From contig JAQWIL010000030.1 in assembly GCA_029248885.1 (NCBI GenBank), positions 1,431 through 65,430 on the forward strand: a stretch of DNA of 64,000 nucleotides, in the 5' to 3' direction. The DNA comes from Flavobacteriaceae bacterium. GTDB taxonomy: Bacteria; Bacteroidota; Bacteroidia; Flavobacteriales; Flavobacteriaceae. Below the pieces are notes generated by a model, which did no database searches, was not told the origin of the DNA, and was given only the letters and a program-made list of their open reading frames with translations. The position numbers were made by a program, and so were the translations under genes. Of the stretch, positions 43,426 through 51,741 are shown piece by piece (the first letter of the stretch is position 1; every line of letters starts with the position of its first letter).

Positions 43426-44613
43426 CTACGCCAAAATCGCTGCTATCCCAGGGAGTGTTTTTCCTTCCAGACTTTCGAGCATCGCCCCACCTCCTGTGGA
43501 CACATAACTGACTTCGTTTTCCATATTAAACTGCTTCACCGCCGCTACCGAGTCTCCGCCGCCGACGAGCGAAAACGCACCGTTTTTTGTGCTTGCTGAT
43601 ATGGCTTCTCCCAGAGCAATCGTTCCTTGTGAAAAGTGCGAGAATTCAAAAACCCCAAGTGGGCCGTTCCATAAAATGGTTTTGCTCTGCATTACCACCT
43701 CGCGAAAAGCTGCCACGCTTTCTGGCCCAGCATCCATACCTTCCCAGCCATCAGGGATTTGGTCAATTGGAAAGATTTTTTGATTTGCCTCATTTGAAAA
43801 TTGGTCTGCTGCGACCACATCTTTTGGCAAATAAATTTGAACGCCTTTTTCTTTTGCACTTGCCAAAATTGAGAGGGCTAGTTCTTGTTTATCGTCCTCG
43901 CAAATGGAGTTTCCAATTTGTCCACCCATTGCTTTGGAAAAAGTAAACGACATCCCGCCGCCAATAATTAGGTGATCTACCTTGTCCAGTATGTTTTCAA
44001 TTATCGTAATCTTGGAAGATACTTTTGCGCCTCCAAGTATCGCCAGCACTGGCTTTTCGCCTGTTGACATCACGCGACCTATCGCGCTCATTTCTTGTGC
44101 TAATAGGTAGCCGAAATACTTTGCTTTTGGGAAAAATTGAGCAACTATGGTTGTTGAGGCGTGTGCACGGTGTGCCGTTCCAAAAGCATCGTTAATATAG
44201 CAGTCTGCTAAATTTGAGAGGGCACTTGCAAACTCTTCATCACCCTTGGTTTCTTCTTCATAAAACCTGAGATTTTCTAACAACATTACTTGGCCGGGTT
44301 GTAGTGCATTGGCATGCGCTTGTGCTTCGGAGCCAATCGTGTGTTTTGAAAATTGAATGTCAACACCCAAAACGTTTTGTATTTCAGAAACAATATGGCG
44401 AAGCGACAGGTCGTCATCTACTCCTTTTGGTCGCCCCAAGTGAGTCATCAATACACAACTTCCGCCGTCTGCCAAGACCTTATCAATAGTTGGTTTAGCG
44501 GCTTTTATCCTGGTGTTATCTGTCACGCTTTTGTTCTCGTCGAGGGGGACATTGAAATCAACTCGAATCAAAGCTTTTTTGTTTGAAAAATTAACGGTGT
44601 CTAAGGTTCGCAT
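43426..44613 (-). CDS. pgk: Phosphoglycerate kinase
   Basis: RVDFNVPL, AILGGAKVSSKI and STGGGA motifs. Confidence 0.97.
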   Translation of the reverse strand: MRTLDTVNFSNKKALIRVDFNVPLDENKSVTDNTRIKAAKPTIDKVLADGGSCVLMTHLGRPKGVDDDLSLRHIVSEIQNVLGVDIQFSKHTIGSEAQAHANALQPGQVMLLENLRFYEEETKGDEEFASALSNLADCYINDAFGTAHRAHASTTIVAQFFPKAKYFGYLLAQEMSAIGRVMSTGEKPVLAILGGAKVSSKITIIENILDKVDHLIIGGGMSFTFSKAMGGQIGNSICEDDKQELALSILASAKEKGVQIYLPKDVVAADQFSNEANQKIFPIDQIPDGWEGMDAGPESVAAFREVVMQSKTILWNGPLGVFEFSHFSQGTIALGEAISASTKNGAFSLVGGGDSVAAVKQFNMENEVSYVSTGGGAMLESLEGKTLPGIAAILA

Positions 44614-44630
44614 TATGTGAATTCTGCGTG

Positions 44631-44638
44631 CAAATGTA
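44631..44638 (-). promoter_or_regulatory. -7 box (TACATTTG) for pgk
   Basis: Exact match, 17 nt upstream of ATG 44613. Confidence 0.4.
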
Positions 44639-44696
44639 CGTTTTTCTTCTTCCTTTTCTTTTGTGTGGGGCGCTGTTTTTTTCGTTGTTGGATGTG

Positions 44697-44704
44697 TATA
44701 TTTG
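44697..44704 (+). promoter_or_regulatory. -7 box (TATATTTG) before holB (short-spacing class)
   Basis: Exact match, 3 nt upstream of ATG 44708. Confidence 0.3.
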
Positions 44705-44707
44705 TTT

Positions 44708-45844
44708 ATGCGATTTGATCAAGTCTACGGCCATGATTCTCAAATCAAGGCTCTTTGTGAAAGTATTTCTTTGGGTCGGGTTCCCCATGCCCAACTGTTC
44801 ACTGGCCCTGAAGGGGTTGGTATGCTTGCGGTTGCCATTGCGTTTATGCGGGCTGTGTTTTGTCAAGAACCAAACGCCGACAAGTCATCTTGTGATCTGA
44901 AGTTTGATCGGCTAATACACCCTGATCTTCACTTTGTTTTTCCAGTGGCATCCAACGCAAAAGTGAAAGTAAAACCTACATCGGATCAATTTTTAGAAGA
45001 ATGGCGTTTGTTTGTCGAAAACAACCATTTCGGAACGCTGTTTGATTGGTACCAACAACTCGAGATCGAAAACAAGCAAGGTCAAATCGGTGTTTTGGAG
45101 TCTGAGGTAATCACAAAGAAACTTTCCTTAACGTCTTATGAAGGTGGTTGGAAAGGTGTGATCGTCTGGCAGGCCGACAAGCTCAATCTTGCGGCAGCAA
45201 ACAAACTGCTCAAGCTTGTTGAAGAGCCCCCAGAAAAAACGCTTCTTATATTCATCTCAAATCATGAAGACCAGATTCTTGAAACGCTGCGTTCTCGGTG
45301 TCAGGTTGTCAATTTTTCATTGTTGACTGAAAAAGCCCTTTCAAGTGCCTTGATCGCCTATGGTGCAACAAATGAGGTGGCTGCCAATTTAAGTGGACAA
45401 GCCAATGGCAAATTGAGTCACGCTTTACATTTGCTAAAAGTTGACGGGGCCCCATTTGAAGATTGGTTTGTGAGTTGGGTGCGCACCGCATTTAAAGCAA
45501 AGCAAAACAAAGGGTCTGTTGTTGAGCTACTAAACTGGAGTCAACAAATTGCAGGTGTTGGCAGGGAAACGCAAAAACAGTTTTTGTTGTTTAGCATCGA
45601 GCTATTTCGTCAGGCCTTGCTGATTCAATATGATCTTACTGCGCTCACAAGCTATAAGGCAAGGGGAGATTTTGACATTTCTCGATTTTCGAATTATGTC
45701 CACAACGGAAATATTCATTTGATTATCAGTGAGTTAGAGTCTGCTTACTTTCATATTGAGCGCAACGGTAGTGCAAAAATGATTTTCTCAGATCTGTCGT
45801 TAAAGCTCACAAGGCATATTCACAACCCCCCTGTTTTATCTTAA
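44708..45844 (+). CDS. holB: DNA polymerase III delta-prime subunit-like (clamp-loader AAA+)
   Basis: GRVPHAQLFTGPEGVG, NKLLKLVEEPPEKTLLIFIS and LRSRCQ motifs. Start re-set to ATG 44708. Confidence 0.75.
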   Translation: MRFDQVYGHDSQIKALCESISLGRVPHAQLFTGPEGVGMLAVAIAFMRAVFCQEPNADKSSCDLKFDRLIHPDLHFVFPVASNAKVKVKPTSDQFLEEWRLFVENNHFGTLFDWYQQLEIENKQGQIGVLESEVITKKLSLTSYEGGWKGVIVWQADKLNLAAANKLLKLVEEPPEKTLLIFISNHEDQILETLRSRCQVVNFSLLTEKALSSALIAYGATNEVAANLSGQANGKLSHALHLLKVDGAPFEDWFVSWVRTAFKAKQNKGSVVELLNWSQQIAGVGRETQKQFLLFSIELFRQALLIQYDLTALTSYKARGDFDISRFSNYVHNGNIHLIISELESAYFHIERNGSAKMIFSDLSLKLTRHIHNPPVLS

Positions 45845-45936
45845 GTTTCGCTTGTTTTTTTGGTCTTTTCTGCTGGACTTATTTTGTTTTTTGGATTTCA
45901 TTGTACAACGATAACACAAAACGCCCTTAAACGCCT

Positions 45937-46746
45937 TTATTTTCGTTTTTGTAAGACATAAATCAACGAAGAGTAGTTTTTTGATTGTTTTGCGGCGCGA
46001 TTTGATCGCCATCCTGACCAAAACGCTTTAATCCATGGAAATTGTGCTTGACGGTTTTGTTCTGAAAGCAATGACACATAATAAGCGTCTAGGCGCAGCG
46101 GATAGGTTTTTTCTGTTTCAAACCCACAATCTTTTGCCATGCTTATAAAACCCTTTGGTGAGAAATGCCACAAATGTCTTGGGACATCAAAGCCGGCCCA
46201 CATTGCGCCATATTTGTTTGCGTCCCAGGATGTATAATTCGGCAGAGCAACAAAGAGTTTTCCGTTCTCCGCTAAAGATCTGAGCGCTTGGTCAAAAAAA
46301 TCCCTTGGGTCAGGAAGGTGTTCTACAACATGCCATGCTGTAATCACATCATAGGATTTTGGGTTGCTCCATTTGGATCGGTACTTTGCTTTGGGCCCAT
46401 GGGCGTTGGTGTTGGGCTCATAACCTTCCGACTGCCAACCATGCTTATTTGCAAATTCTACAAAAGATCCTGTGCCTGCACCAAAGTCTAATAGTTTTCC
46501 TTTGACTTCATAATGTTTACTTATAATGTTGATTTTATAACTGTGATTCCATTGTCTGAATCGCGAATAAACAGCGAAGAACAAGGATTTTCCTTGTGTT
46601 TTATGAGAGATGTAATTTGGGTGGTCATAGTACTTCTCTATCAGACTCGGTTGGGGTGTTGTTTGTAAAATTTCGTAACGATCGTGGGGTTCTAAAACAA
46701 AGGAATCTCCTGTGACTAAGTGGTCAATACAAACTGTTTTATTCAT
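45937..46746 (-). CDS. Class I SAM-dependent methyltransferase
   Basis: LLDFGAGTGSFV (motif I) and DVITAWHVVEHL (motif II/III region). Confidence 0.75.
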   Translation of the reverse strand: MNKTVCIDHLVTGDSFVLEPHDRYEILQTTPQPSLIEKYYDHPNYISHKTQGKSLFFAVYSRFRQWNHSYKINIISKHYEVKGKLLDFGAGTGSFVEFANKHGWQSEGYEPNTNAHGPKAKYRSKWSNPKSYDVITAWHVVEHLPDPRDFFDQALRSLAENGKLFVALPNYTSWDANKYGAMWAGFDVPRHLWHFSPKGFISMAKDCGFETEKTYPLRLDAYYVSLLSEQNRQAQFPWIKAFWSGWRSNRAAKQSKNYSSLIYVLQKRK

Positions 46747-46761
46747 TGTGAAAATGGTATT

Positions 46762-46775
46762 GTTCCACGTGGAAC
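46762..46775. repeat. Perfect 14-bp palindrome GTTCCACGTGGAAC (copy 1)
   Basis: Read directly from the sequence. It abuts the mnmG stop codon and lies 15 nt upstream of the methyltransferase ATG (46746). Confidence 0.95.
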
Positions 46776-48647
46776 CTAGCGCCCCATGTGGACTAATAGA
46801 ACACTAATGTCACTTGGAGAAACACCGCTTATTCTAGATGCTTGTGATAGGGTACGTGGCTGGATTTTTGTCAACTTTTGGCGTGCTTCTGTCGAAATCG
46901 ATTGGATAGCGTTGTAGTCGAATCCTTGTGGAATCGTAATAGATTCTAGTCTGTCCAATTTTTGAGCTTGTGCCTCTTCTTTTTCTATATAACCTGCGTA
47001 TTTGATCTGAATTTCTGCTTGTTCTAATGTGGTTTGGGTGGTTTTGTTTTTTTGCAAGTAATGGCTAATTAGATCTAGTTGAAGTAAGTCGTCCATTTTG
47101 AGTTGCGGGCGTGCTAAAATCTTAGCGAGTTTCAAGGATTGTTTGATTTCCGCAGTTTGTTTGTCTTGTAAAATCGGGTTAATGTCTTGTGGTTGTATGC
47201 TTGTTTTCTTCATAAATCGGATAAGACTTTCGGCTTGGTGTTGGGATTTTTCCATCTCTTCGAGCCGTTCGTCTGATGCTAGCCCAATTTTGTGTGACAA
47301 TGGGGTTAAACGGGTGTCCGCATTGTCTTGACGCAACAGTGTTCGATATTCTGCTCGAGAGGTAAACATCCGATAGGGCTCCTCGGTTCCTTTTGTAATG
47401 AGATCGTCAATCAAAACACCGATATATGCTTGATCTCTACGTAGAGAAAATGGCTCTTTTTCTGTCTGATATAAGTGTGCGTTAATCCCTGCGATTAGCC
47501 CTTGTGCTGCTGCTTCCTCATATCCTGTGGTGCCATTGATTTGTCCCGCAAAAAACAAACCTGCTATGGGTTTGGTTTCTAAGTTGTGTTTAAGTTGTGT
47601 TGGTGGAAAATAATCATACTCTATCGCATAGCCAGGGCGAAAGAACTTTACATTTTCAAAACCTGAAACAGCTGTCAAGGCTCGGTACTGTACATCTTCT
47701 GGTAAAGAAGTTGAAAATCCATTTACGTAAACTTCTACTGTGTTCCATCCTTCTGGTTCAACAAAAATTTGGTGGCGGTCTTTATCTGCAAAACGATTGA
47801 TTTTATCCTCAACGGAAGGGCAGTAGCGGGGTCCAATGCTTTGAATTCGTCCATTAAACATCGGAGAACGATCAAACCCTTCCCGCAATAAGTCGTGCAC
47901 CTTTGAGTTTGTGTAGGTTATGTGACAAGAGCGTTGCGCTTGTAAGGGCTGGGTTGATGGTAAATAAGAAAACGTACTGGGTTGGTCATCGCCAGGTTGT
48001 TCAACCATTTTAGAATAGTCTAAAGAACGCCCGTCAACACGCGGTGGTGTCCCAGTTTTCATTCTTCCAGACGTAAACCCCCTTTCTACAAGTCTTTCGG
48101 TTAATCCAAAAGATGGGCTTTCGCCTGCGCGTCCTCCGCCAAATTGTTTTTCACCAATATGAATCAAGCCATTAAGAAATGTCCCACTTGTAAGAATAAC
48201 AGATTTTGCATAGACTTCTAGCCCTAGAGAGGTTTTTACGCCACAAACTCTGTCTTTGTCAAAGAGTAAGTCCGTTACCATTTCCTGGTAAAAATCTACA
48301 TTTTGAGTTTCTTCCAAATGTAGCCGCCACGCCTCTGCAAAACGCATACGATCAGATTGTGCTCTAGGGCTCCACATCGCGGGCCCTTTTGATTTGTTCA
48401 GCATCTTAAACTGAATGGCTGTTTTGTCGGTAACAATACCACTATATCCGCCAAGCGCATCTATTTCTCGAAGAATTTGACCTTTTGCAATTCCTCCCAT
48501 CGCAGGGTTGCAAGACATTTGCGCAATGTTTTGCAAGTTCATGGTTATCAAAAGTGTTTTGCTTCCCATGTTGGCTGCAGCCGCTGCAGCCTCGGACCCA
48601 GCGTGTCCAGCGCCAACTACAATAACATCATATTCATTTGTAAACAT
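46776..48647 (-). CDS. mnmG: tRNA uridine-5-carboxymethylaminomethyl(34) synthesis enzyme
   Basis: YDVIVVGAGHAGSEAA, NPAMGGIAKG and GQINGTTGYEEAAAQG motifs; 623 aa. Confidence 0.97.
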   Translation of the reverse strand: MFTNEYDVIVVGAGHAGSEAAAAAANMGSKTLLITMNLQNIAQMSCNPAMGGIAKGQILREIDALGGYSGIVTDKTAIQFKMLNKSKGPAMWSPRAQSDRMRFAEAWRLHLEETQNVDFYQEMVTDLLFDKDRVCGVKTSLGLEVYAKSVILTSGTFLNGLIHIGEKQFGGGRAGESPSFGLTERLVERGFTSGRMKTGTPPRVDGRSLDYSKMVEQPGDDQPSTFSYLPSTQPLQAQRSCHITYTNSKVHDLLREGFDRSPMFNGRIQSIGPRYCPSVEDKINRFADKDRHQIFVEPEGWNTVEVYVNGFSTSLPEDVQYRALTAVSGFENVKFFRPGYAIEYDYFPPTQLKHNLETKPIAGLFFAGQINGTTGYEEAAAQGLIAGINAHLYQTEKEPFSLRRDQAYIGVLIDDLITKGTEEPYRMFTSRAEYRTLLRQDNADTRLTPLSHKIGLASDERLEEMEKSQHQAESLIRFMKKTSIQPQDINPILQDKQTAEIKQSLKLAKILARPQLKMDDLLQLDLISHYLQKNKTTQTTLEQAEIQIKYAGYIEKEEAQAQKLDRLESITIPQGFDYNAIQSISTEARQKLTKIQPRTLSQASRISGVSPSDISVLLVHMGR

Positions 48648-48650
48648 GTA

Positions 48651-49085
48651 TTACAAAAGTTTTTGTTCCACGTGGAACGATTTTAGCATTTCGTCTTCTT
48701 TTTGCCGCATAGCCTGTTTATCCGTTGCTGTTTTGTCCGAGTAACCAACACAATGAAGAACGCCATGAATGAGCACCCTTGCGAGTTCATTTTCTACACT
48801 CACACCTTCATGAGTTGCGTTTTCAGAAACACGATCTGTCGAAATGGCTATGTCACAATTCACTGTTTTTGCCGATGAATAATCAAAAGTAATCACGTCG
48901 GTATACTCATCATGGTTTAGATGTTTTTGGTTTAAAATCAACAAATCATCATCGCCCATCAATGCAATGTGAATATCCCCGATTTCCTTGTTTAACTGTA
49001 AAACACAGTCTGAAAGCCAGGCGAGTAAATGCTCTTGGTTTTGAACCAAAAAATGATTTTTTGCTTGTATTGTTATCTTATTCAC
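48651..49085 (-). CDS. ybeY: rRNA maturation endoribonuclease YbeY
   Basis: HGVLHCVGYSD zinc motif and DVITFDY. Start probably GTG 49085 (VNKITIQAKNHF...), since a -7 box lies inside the longer track ORF. Confidence 0.8.
   Translation of the reverse strand: MNKITIQAKNHFLVQNQEHLLAWLSDCVLQLNKEIGDIHIALMGDDDLLILNQKHLNHDEYTDVITFDYSSAKTVNCDIAISTDRVSENATHEGVSVENELARVLIHGVLHCVGYSDKTATDKQAMRQKEDEMLKSFHVEQKLL
48665..48678. repeat. Perfect 14-bp palindrome GTTCCACGTGGAAC (copy 2)
   Basis: Read directly from the sequence. It lies within the last codons of ybeY (FHVE) and 17 nt upstream of the mnmG ATG (48647). Confidence 0.95.
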
Positions 49086-49089
49086 AGTA

Positions 49090-49097
49090 CAAAGGTA
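49090..49097 (-). promoter_or_regulatory. -7 box (TACCTTTG) before ybeY (short-spacing class)
   Basis: Exact match, 4 nt upstream of GTG 49085. Confidence 0.3.
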
Positions 49098-49230
49098 GGT
49101 GTTTCCAGTGTTGTAAGCCAATGTAGAAAACACAAAAATCTCGCAACATGCTGTTTGTCAGATGTTTAAGGGGTGTATAGTTTGGTTTCGTGTTATCATG
49201 AATAGGAGATATCTTTACAAAAACTTTTAC

Positions 49231-50745
49231 ATGGCCAATTCTGTACGCGTTCGTTTCGCGCCAAGCCCAACAGGTCCTCTTCATATTGGAGGTGTGAGAA
49301 CTGCGCTTTATAACTATTTATACGCAAGGAAACACCGTGGACAATTTGTGCTACGTATTGAGGACACTGACCAGAAACGATCTGTTGATGGTGCAGAAGA
49401 GTATATCCAATCTTGTTTGGCTTGGCTCGGTATTCAACCAGATGAAAGCCCAACCCAACCAGGTTCATTTGGACCATACCGCCAGAGTGAAAGGCGTAAT
49501 TTATATCAAAAACATATCCTTGAACTCGTTGATAGGGGACTTGCCTATTATGCGTTTGATACTGCCGAGAGTTTAGAACACCATCGCAAAGATCACGAAA
49601 AGAGAGGGAAGACCTTTACCTACAATTGGCACAACCGAATGAAGTTAAGCAACAGCTTGATTTTAGGGAAGGAGAAGACAAAAGAAAAGCTTGACAGCGG
49701 ACACCCTTATGTCGTACGTTTTTTAATGTGGGAAGAAGGAGAGCCTTCGCTGTTTACTTGCTCGGATATCATTCGTGGTAGCGTATCCGTTGATTGTAAG
49801 TTGTTGGATGATAAAATACTATATAAAAGCGATGGTATGCCTACCTACCATTTTGCAAATGTTGTAGACGATCACCTTATGGAAATCTCGCAAGTGATTC
49901 GCGGAGAAGAATGGTTACCGTCGTTAGCTTTGCATTTAAAGTTATATGATGCCTTTGGTTGGACACCTCCTGAGTTTGCGCATTTGCCATTGATTCTTAA
50001 GCCTGGTGGAAAGGGAAAGCTTTCAAAAAGAGATGGGGATAAAATGGGTTTTCCTGTTTTTCCAATCAAGTGGAAAGGGGAAATTATGGGCTTTAAAGAA
50101 GAGGGTTATTTACCAGAGGCGGTGTTGAATTTTCTTGCCTTACTCGGTTGGAATGATGGCGGTGAAAACGAAATTTTTTTATTGAAGGAATTGATTTCAT
50201 TATTCGATTTGGAAAGAGTTCATCATGCAGGTGCTCGTTTTGATCCGGAGAAAAACAAGTGGTTTAACCAACAACATATCCAACGCTTATCTCTTTCTGA
50301 TTTTAGCAGTCTGTGTAAAGCCGTTATCGAAAATCATGGGTTTGTGGTCAATGATGAAAAGAAGCTAAAGTCTATAGGGATAATGATTCAACCAAGAGTC
50401 GTCTTAACAACTGAGCTCTGGCGAGAACTTAAGGTCTTTTTTGAAGGGCCTAAAGACTATGATGAAAACGCACTCCAAAAGGTGTGGAAAGAAAAAACAC
50501 TTGGTCTTCTACACGCTGTAGCTGAAATGCTTTCCCGCAGTGAAGAGATGACACTAGAAGAGCTTAAAGACGGATTAAAAGGGGTCGCTGAGGATGCTGG
50601 GCTAGGACTGGGTGTATTGATGGGGCCATTGCGGATTGTGATCGTGGGTTCTCTTTCTGGGCCAGACTTAATCTCTCTGCTCAACGCCTTGGGTGCAAAA
50701 GAAGTGATTAGACGTATTGATTTCGCTTTAAAAGCGATAAAATAA
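49231..50745 (+). CDS. gltX: Glutamate--tRNA ligase
   Basis: VRVRFAPSPTGPLHIGGVRTALYNY (HIGH) and KLSKRDG (KMSKS). Start re-set to ATG 49231. Confidence 0.95.
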   Translation: MANSVRVRFAPSPTGPLHIGGVRTALYNYLYARKHRGQFVLRIEDTDQKRSVDGAEEYIQSCLAWLGIQPDESPTQPGSFGPYRQSERRNLYQKHILELVDRGLAYYAFDTAESLEHHRKDHEKRGKTFTYNWHNRMKLSNSLILGKEKTKEKLDSGHPYVVRFLMWEEGEPSLFTCSDIIRGSVSVDCKLLDDKILYKSDGMPTYHFANVVDDHLMEISQVIRGEEWLPSLALHLKLYDAFGWTPPEFAHLPLILKPGGKGKLSKRDGDKMGFPVFPIKWKGEIMGFKEEGYLPEAVLNFLALLGWNDGGENEIFLLKELISLFDLERVHHAGARFDPEKNKWFNQQHIQRLSLSDFSSLCKAVIENHGFVVNDEKKLKSIGIMIQPRVVLTTELWRELKVFFEGPKDYDENALQKVWKEKTLGLLHAVAEMLSRSEEMTLEELKDGLKGVAEDAGLGLGVLMGPLRIVIVGSLSGPDLISLLNALGAKEVIRRIDFALKAIK

Positions 50746-50762
50746 TCGTTTTTTTTTTATAT

Positions 50763-50787
50763 TTAGTGGAAATCTAAAATCCACTAA
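50763..50787 (+). promoter_or_regulatory. Stem-loop (8-bp stem TTAGTGGA/TCCACTAA, 9-nt loop) ending 2 nt before the GTG start of the SPFH gene
   Basis: Read directly from the sequence. It is preceded by a T10 run (50749-50758) just after the gltX stop. Confidence 0.5.
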
Positions 50788-50789
50788 TC

Positions 50790-51731
50790 GTGTCTATTAT
50801 TACTTTTTCTTTGTTGGGCATTCTTGCCTTTGTTTTACTCTTTGGTTTATTCTTTATCGTCAAACAACAGTCCGCTGCCATTGTTGAGCGTTTCGGAAAA
50901 TTTGTTGGGGTTCGTCATTCAGGACTTCAGCTCAAAATTCCAATTATTGATCGCGTTTCAGGGCGCGTTAGTTTACGTATTCAACAGCTCGACGTTGTGA
51001 TCGAAACAAAAACAAAAGACGATGTGTTTGTTAAAATGAAGGTTTCTGTACAATACAAGGTGATAAAAGACAAGGTGTACGAAGCGTTTTACAAGCTCGA
51101 CTTTCCCCATGATCAAATCACCTCTTATGTGTTTGATGTTGTTCGTGCAGAAGTCCCCAAAATGATTTTGGATGATGTCTTTGAGAAAAAGGACGATGTT
51201 GCGATTGCGGTCAAAACAGAACTCAATGATGCGATGATAAACTATGGGTTTGATATTATTAAAACCCTCGTAACTGATATCGATCCCGATGCACAGGTCA
51301 AGGACTCCATGAATCGGATTAATGCCTCCGAAAGAGAAAAGGTTGCCGCACAGTTTGAGGGTGACGCCCAGCGCATCTTGATTGTAGAACGAGCAAAAGC
51401 TGAGGCCGAATCCAAACGACTACAAGGTCAGGGGATTGCTGATCAAAGACGTGAAATTGCACGTGGTTTGGAGGACTCGGTCAAAGTATTGAATAGTGTT
51501 GACATCAACTCCCAAGAGGCCTCTGCACTCATCGTTGTTACCCAGCACTATGACACCCTTCAGTCTGTTGGATCCGAGAGTAATAGCAACTTGATTTTAA
51601 TGCCAAATTCGCCACAAGCTGGCTCGGAGATGCTAAACAATATGGTTGCCTCTTTTACAGCGAGCAATCAAATTGGTGAGGCGATGAAAAAACAAAGAGA
51701 AGAAAACGCGCGTTCGAAAAAGAAAGAATAA
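50790..51731 (+). CDS. SPFH/band-7 (stomatin/prohibitin-like) membrane protein
   Basis: N-terminal TM helix, AAIVERFGKF...LQLKIPIIDRV, and a C-terminal coiled coil AQRILIVERAKAEAESKRLQ. GTG start. Confidence 0.85.
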   Translation: MSIITFSLLGILAFVLLFGLFFIVKQQSAAIVERFGKFVGVRHSGLQLKIPIIDRVSGRVSLRIQQLDVVIETKTKDDVFVKMKVSVQYKVIKDKVYEAFYKLDFPHDQITSYVFDVVRAEVPKMILDDVFEKKDDVAIAVKTELNDAMINYGFDIIKTLVTDIDPDAQVKDSMNRINASEREKVAAQFEGDAQRILIVERAKAEAESKRLQGQGIADQRREIARGLEDSVKVLNSVDINSQEASALIVVTQHYDTLQSVGSESNSNLILMPNSPQAGSEMLNNMVASFTASNQIGEAMKKQREENARSKKKE

Positions 51732-51741
51732 ATCGGTTTTT

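Noticed and set aside
45845-45936. The convergent gap between holB and the methyltransferase gene, examined for a bidirectional terminator or small RNA.
   Set aside because: I could find no convincing GC-rich stem or U-tract by eye.
50746-50787. The T10 run plus hairpin after gltX considered as a Rho-independent terminator.
   Set aside because: The U-tract precedes rather than follows the stem on the plus strand, and an A-tract follows it on the minus strand. Neither orientation fits an intrinsic terminator.
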